Part shown: one piece after another, positions 59,880 through 64,000 of the stretch | Layout: each line of letters begins with the position of its first letter | Numbering within the stretch: position 1 is the stretch's first letter | DNA from: an uncultured Pelagibacteraceae bacterium | GTDB taxonomy: Bacteria > Pseudomonadota > Alphaproteobacteria > Pelagibacterales > Pelagibacteraceae | Direction of reading: 5' to 3' | Assembly (NCBI GenBank): GCA_902550805.1 | Contig: CACDAL010000003.1 | Location: forward strand, 8,929 to 72,928 | DNA: 64,000 bases | The notes under the pieces: model-generated | Database searches by the model: none | What the model saw: the letters and a program-made list of their open reading frames with translations, nothing else | Told to the model about the DNA's origin: nothing | Program-made: the position numbers and the translations under genes

Positions 59880-60712
59880 TTTTTTTTAAACAAAGTTGGA
59901 AACATTTTGCCACCCAATTTATCTCCATCTTTATAACCTGCTTCTTGCATCGCTTTTCTATAATTATAACTTGTCCAATCACCAACATAGCTAATTTGAG
60001 CATCTTCTTTGGCTACTCTTAAAGTATAACGACTTAAAGTTTTCTGAGGAATAGAAGAGCTTAGCGTTCCATGAAGAGTTCTCATATCAAAAATAACACA
60101 ATCTCCTGGTTCACAATCCCATTTTAAAAATTCGTATTTATCTCTATTACCTAAAATGTCAGGCGGTAATTCATATTTTTTTCCATCTACAATACATTCA
60201 TTACCTTCAACTTTGTGACCATCTTTAAAGAGGACTCTTAAAAAAAGCTTGTTCCATAAATGGGAACCCTTAACCCAAGCTACACCCTCATCTTTTCCGG
60301 TGGCTTGTAGTGGCAACCAAAGAACACACATGGTTCCGTCCATGTCAAAATAGCTTATATCGTGATGAAAAGGAGTTGATGATTTTGAACCAGCCTCCCT
60401 TAAAAACCAATTGTCCATAACAAGATTTATTTTTTCTGCAGACATTAATTCTGAAGCAATTTTTGCGTATGGAGAATTATAAACGAAATCTTTAAATTCA
60501 GGGACTAAATCCCAGGTCCAATAATCTTCTAAATAAGCAGGAACATTTGACGTTAAAGTATGAGATTTGAATCTAGGACTTGGATTTTTTATATCTTTTT
60601 CAATTCCTTTTTTTAATGTTTCTATCCATTTTAGATCAAATTTATTTTTAAGAAAAACAGCCCCATCTTTATTATATTTTTCTATTTCTGATTTTGAGAT
60701 GAGTTTAGACAT
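59876..60712 (-). CDS. PhyH family Fe(II)/2OG oxygenase; start trimmed to ATG 60712
   Basis: TPFHHD, WLPL, GSHLW, PGDCVIF...LHG. Confidence 0.83.
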   Translation of the reverse strand: MSKLISKSEIEKYNKDGAVFLKNKFDLKWIETLKKGIEKDIKNPSPRFKSHTLTSNVPAYLEDYWTWDLVPEFKDFVYNSPYAKIASELMSAEKINLVMDNWFLREAGSKSSTPFHHDISYFDMDGTMCVLWLPLQATGKDEGVAWVKGSHLWNKLFLRVLFKDGHKVEGNECIVDGKKYELPPDILGNRDKYEFLKWDCEPGDCVIFDMRTLHGTLSSSIPQKTLSRYTLRVAKEDAQISYVGDWTSYNYRKAMQEAGYKDGDKLGGKMFPTLFKKN

Positions 60713-60719
60713 AATAAAT

Positions 60720-61646
60720 TTACCCTGACACAATATTAATTTTGTTTGATTTTTTAACTAAATAAATTCCAATTATAACAGCTATTAGAGCTATCAATAC
60801 TTTTGATGTAATAATTTCATTTAAAAATAAATAACCAAGAATTATACCAAAAATAGGAATTAAATAAGCTACTTGAGCTTGGAAAACTAAACCATTATTT
60901 TTTAAAATTCTAAATCTAATTAACCATGCAATACCAGTTGGCACAGTTCCTAGATAAATTATTGATAAAGTTGAATCCATTCTATGTGAAAAATGCAAGT
61001 CATTTATAAATGCAAAAGCATTTGTTGGATTAAAATAATAAAGAACTAAACTTATCGGTAATATAAATATTGTTGCCCATATTAATATTGAAGAAGTAAC
61101 ATTTTCATTTTTTTTATTACTAACTTTAAGAGTTAATAGTCCTCCAATGACATAAAAAGTTGATCCAACTAAAATAAAAATTGCAGAAATAAAGTTATTT
61201 TCATTAATTAAAAATTTATCAGAAAATAAAAAAACTATTCCCGAAAATCCTATAAGAACACCAAAAATTTTTGTAAAATTAATTTTTTCATTTTGAGTAA
61301 AAAAATGCGCTAATACTGTAGCGCTTAGAGGAGTGGTTGCCATTAAAATTGCAGCTAAGTTGCTTTGCACTTTTTGAACACCATAAGCTATTAAAAAAAA
61401 AGGTATTACTAAATTAACAACTCCAATTAATGCAAACCAATACCAATCTTTTGAAAACGCTTCTATTTTTATTTTTTTAAATAAACAAAGTCCAACAACA
61501 GGAATTGCACCAAAAAAAATTCTAAGAAAAGCAATCATGACTGGTCCATAAGAGTATGTGGCAATTTTAATATTAAAAAATGCCGAAGCCCAAATTAATG
61601 CTAAAAATGTAAGCAAAAAATAATCAATTAATTTAGGTTCTCTCAT
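60720..61646 (-). CDS. DMT/EamA family transporter
   Basis: About 10 TM segments; IW..AF, LR, PF.L...G, YLIP..G..LG.LFLNE. Confidence 0.9.
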   Translation of the reverse strand: MREPKLIDYFLLTFLALIWASAFFNIKIATYSYGPVMIAFLRIFFGAIPVVGLCLFKKIKIEAFSKDWYWFALIGVVNLVIPFFLIAYGVQKVQSNLAAILMATTPLSATVLAHFFTQNEKINFTKIFGVLIGFSGIVFLFSDKFLINENNFISAIFILVGSTFYVIGGLLTLKVSNKKNENVTSSILIWATIFILPISLVLYYFNPTNAFAFINDLHFSHRMDSTLSIIYLGTVPTGIAWLIRFRILKNNGLVFQAQVAYLIPIFGIILGYLFLNEIITSKVLIALIAVIIGIYLVKKSNKINIVSG

Positions 61647-62125
61647 TCTACAATATCTTTTATTTCACCTTGAGTAATCTTTAAAAGATTTTTAAAATCT
61701 ATTTTAAAAACACAATTTGGGTGGCCGGCTGCTGCAAAAATATCATCAAATCTTTCTAGAGAACTATCAACAAAAATATTTATTTTTTTTAAATGACCTA
61801 TTGGAGACACTCCACCAATTGTATACCCAGTTTGAGTTTTAACATCTTCAGGTGCAGCCATACTAATATCTTTTATTTGTGTAATTTTTTTTAATTTATT
61901 CAAGGAACATCTTTTATCACCAGAAACTAAACATAGAAGAAAAGTATCTTCAGTTCTAAACAATAAACTTTTTACTATTGCTCCAACTTCACAGTTTAAA
62001 GATGCAGCCGCATCTATTGCTGTTCTGGCGGAACTACTTAGTGCCTGTACTTTTAGAGTGGAATCAAAGTCTCTTAAAACATTAATAACTCTTTGTACCG
62101 ATTCTTTATTTAACAAATCTTCCAT
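61643..62125 (-). CDS. YbaK/EbsC aminoacyl-tRNA deacylase family protein
   Basis: TA.DAA, IVKSLLF, TGY.IGGVSP.GH, AAAGHP. Confidence 0.9.
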   Translation of the reverse strand: MEDLLNKESVQRVINVLRDFDSTLKVQALSSSARTAIDAAASLNCEVGAIVKSLLFRTEDTFLLCLVSGDKRCSLNKLKKITQIKDISMAAPEDVKTQTGYTIGGVSPIGHLKKINIFVDSSLERFDDIFAAAGHPNCVFKIDFKNLLKITQGEIKDIVE

Positions 62126-62279
62126 TCAACTAATAATTGTAACAAATTGTGAATTGATAATTTCATATTTATAACCATTTATCTATGTGAGAATTGCATA
62201 GGTGATATCTCAATAAGTAACAATAATAATCTATATTTTTTTGGTATTAAAAACTAAGAAAATTTAGTAGGAGAAAAAT

Positions 62280-63686
62280 ATGAGTGCTGGCAGTATTTTA
62301 AAATTAATGAAAGATAAAGAAATCGAATACGTTGATTTAAGATTCACAGATCCAAGAGGTAAGCTTCAACACTTAACAATGGATTCAACTATTGTTGATG
62401 AAGAAATGTTGAATGATGGAGTTTTTTTTGATGGATCATCAATTGCTGGATGGAAAGCAATAAATGAATCTGACATGATTTTAAAACCAGATTTAAATAG
62501 AAAAATAGTAGACCCATTTACTTCTCATAACACTTTAATTTTATTTTGTGACATTTTAGATGCAGTTAAAAGAAATCCTTATGAAAGAGATCCAAGAGGA
62601 ATAGCTAAAAAAGCAGAAGCTTATTTAAAAAAAACAGGAATTGGTGATAAAGCTTATTTTGGCCCTGAGCCAGAATTTTTTGTTTTTGATGATGTTAGAA
62701 TTAAAAATGACATGAATGAAATTAGTTTTTCAATAGACAGTTCTGAAGGACCTTACAATTCTGGAAAAAAATACGATAATGGAAACATGGGCCATAGACC
62801 CGGAATAAAAGGCGGTTATTTTCCTGTACCTCCAGTTGATAGTGCACAAGATATGAGAGGTGAATATTTAAAAGGTTTAAGAGATGTGGGTATTACTGTA
62901 GAAAAACATCATCATGAAGTAGCTCCTAGCCAACATGAATTAGGAATGTTGTTTGGAACTTTAGTTGATCAAGCAGATAATGTTCAATTATATAAATATG
63001 TAGTTCAAATGGTATCTCATTCATTTGGTAAAACTGCAACTTTTATGCCTAAACCTGTAAAAGGTGACAATGGATCTGGGATGCACACACACCAATCTAT
63101 ATGGAAAGGAAAGACTCCGGTATTTTCTGGTAATAAATATGCAGGCCTTTCTCAAACCGCTTTATATTACATTGGAGGAATATTAAAACATGCTAAAGCA
63201 ATTAATGCTTTTTCTAATGCAACAACAAATAGTTATAAAAGATTAATACCTGGTTTTGAGGCTCCAGTTTTACTTGCCTACTCTGCTAGAAACAGATCTG
63301 CTTCTTGTAGAATTCCTATTACATTGAATAAAAAAGGAGCAAGATGTGAAATAAGATTCCCTGATGCTTCTGGTAATCCTTATTTAACTTTTGCTTCCAT
63401 GTTAATGGCTGGACTTGATGGAATAAAAAATAAAATTGATCCTGGTCAATCTTTTGATAAAGACTTATATGCTCTATCTGAAAAAGATGTCAAAAAAGTT
63501 CCAACAGTTTGCGGATCTTTAAGAGAAGCAATGGAAAGTTTAGATAAAGATAGAAATTTCTTAACGCAAGGAAATGTATTTACCGATGATCAAATCGATG
63601 CATATATAGCTTTGAAATTTGAAGAAATACATAACTTTGAACATACTCCTCATCCAATTGAGTTTGATATGTATTATAGTTGTTAA
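62280..63686 (+). CDS. glnA: Glutamine synthetase type I
   Basis: DLRFTD, FDGSSI.GW, GPEPEFF, HHHEVA, FMPKP..GDNGSGMH, SYKRL.PG.EAP, RNRS, E.RFPD; SD AGGAG. Confidence 0.97.
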   Translation: MSAGSILKLMKDKEIEYVDLRFTDPRGKLQHLTMDSTIVDEEMLNDGVFFDGSSIAGWKAINESDMILKPDLNRKIVDPFTSHNTLILFCDILDAVKRNPYERDPRGIAKKAEAYLKKTGIGDKAYFGPEPEFFVFDDVRIKNDMNEISFSIDSSEGPYNSGKKYDNGNMGHRPGIKGGYFPVPPVDSAQDMRGEYLKGLRDVGITVEKHHHEVAPSQHELGMLFGTLVDQADNVQLYKYVVQMVSHSFGKTATFMPKPVKGDNGSGMHTHQSIWKGKTPVFSGNKYAGLSQTALYYIGGILKHAKAINAFSNATTNSYKRLIPGFEAPVLLAYSARNRSASCRIPITLNKKGARCEIRFPDASGNPYLTFASMLMAGLDGIKNKIDPGQSFDKDLYALSEKDVKKVPTVCGSLREAMESLDKDRNFLTQGNVFTDDQIDAYIALKFEEIHNFEHTPHPIEFDMYYSC

Positions 63687-63695
63687 GAAAGATTA

Positions 63696-63863
63696 CTATT
63701 TTTTAGAAGCTATCTTGTTTTTACCTGAACCTTTTTTAACAACATAGTTTAGTGTTCCATTAGCTCCAGCTTGTACTGGTTTTATGAGAGTTCTAAAAAA
63801 AGCCTTTCTTTTTTCATTCTTTGTAGCGTTATTTTTTAGGTTTTTAAGCTCAAACTTATTCAT
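63696..63863 (-). CDS. Small basic protein, 55 aa, with GANGT motif (not in ORF track)
   Basis: Hand translation MNKFELKNLKNNATKNEKRKAFFRTLIKPVQAGANGTLNYVVKKGSGKNKIASKK, double stop TAG TAA; upstream TTGTAA-N17-TATGAT promoter. Confidence 0.7.
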   Translation of the reverse strand: MNKFELKNLKNNATKNEKRKAFFRTLIKPVQAGANGTLNYVVKKGSGKNKIASKK

Positions 63864-63871
63864 ATAAAAGA

Positions 63872-63900
63872 ATCATATCACAGCTATGCACTTTTTACAA
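63872..63900 (-). promoter_or_regulatory. Sigma70-like promoter for the 55-aa ORF
   Basis: Minus strand TTGTAA-AAAGTGCATAGCTGTGA(17 nt)-TATGAT, 8 nt before the ATG. Confidence 0.55.
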
Positions 63901-63923
63901 TTCTGCTATGCGTTAAACTAATA

Positions 63924-64000
63924 TTAGATTTTAAATGATTCTCCGCACCCACAGCGTTCTGTTTCATTAGGGTTTTTGAATACGAATGATGATGAAAATT
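63924..64000 (-). CDS. 3' end of an IscA/SufA/HesB Fe-S carrier (truncated by window)
   Basis: Hand translation ...FSSSFVFKNPNETERCGCGESFKI*, with the diagnostic NPN...CGCGESF. Confidence 0.9.
   Translation of the reverse strand, partial: FSSSFVFKNPNETERCGCGESFKI

Noticed and set aside
1-64000. CRISPR array, rRNA, prophage, IS or defence system
   Set aside because: No regularly spaced repeats, cas, transposase, integrase or phage structural genes were recognised; nearly all sequence is explained by metabolic CDSs.

Overview
AT-rich, very compact alphaproteobacterial DNA. Gene content, tiny intergenic gaps and a glnA with no glnB upstream point to SAR11/Pelagibacterales (inference). Left part (1-22.9 kb): serA 3' part, an mtnP-PhyH dioxygenase-mtnA-asparaginase II operon, purine salvage and synthesis (apt, gpt-like PRTase, guaC, purEK), tRNA-Met, a TRAP transporter with TauD-like and haloacetate-dehalogenase-like genes, a dipeptidase/unknown/DUF3726/GcvT-family C1 cluster, and SRAP + GNAT. 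Centre and right (22.9-60.7 kb): a large accessory carbohydrate/organic-acid catabolic region with two sugar ABC systems, a TTT, a second TRAP, scattered iolD/iolE/iolG, many Gfo/Idh/MocA and SDR dehydrogenases and a diheme peroxidase. The best candidate for an undescribed system is a 7-gene divergon at 40.1-46.2 kb. It is built around a bacterial homologue of eukaryotic C11orf54/PTD012 (DUF1907), flanked by PanB-like and PanE-like enzymes with altered active sites. Right end: EamA, YbaK, glnA and the 3' end of an iscA-family gene. Three small ORFs absent from the ORF track were read by hand. No CRISPR, rRNA, integrase or IS was seen. All family calls come from motif recognition by eye; no database searches were run.
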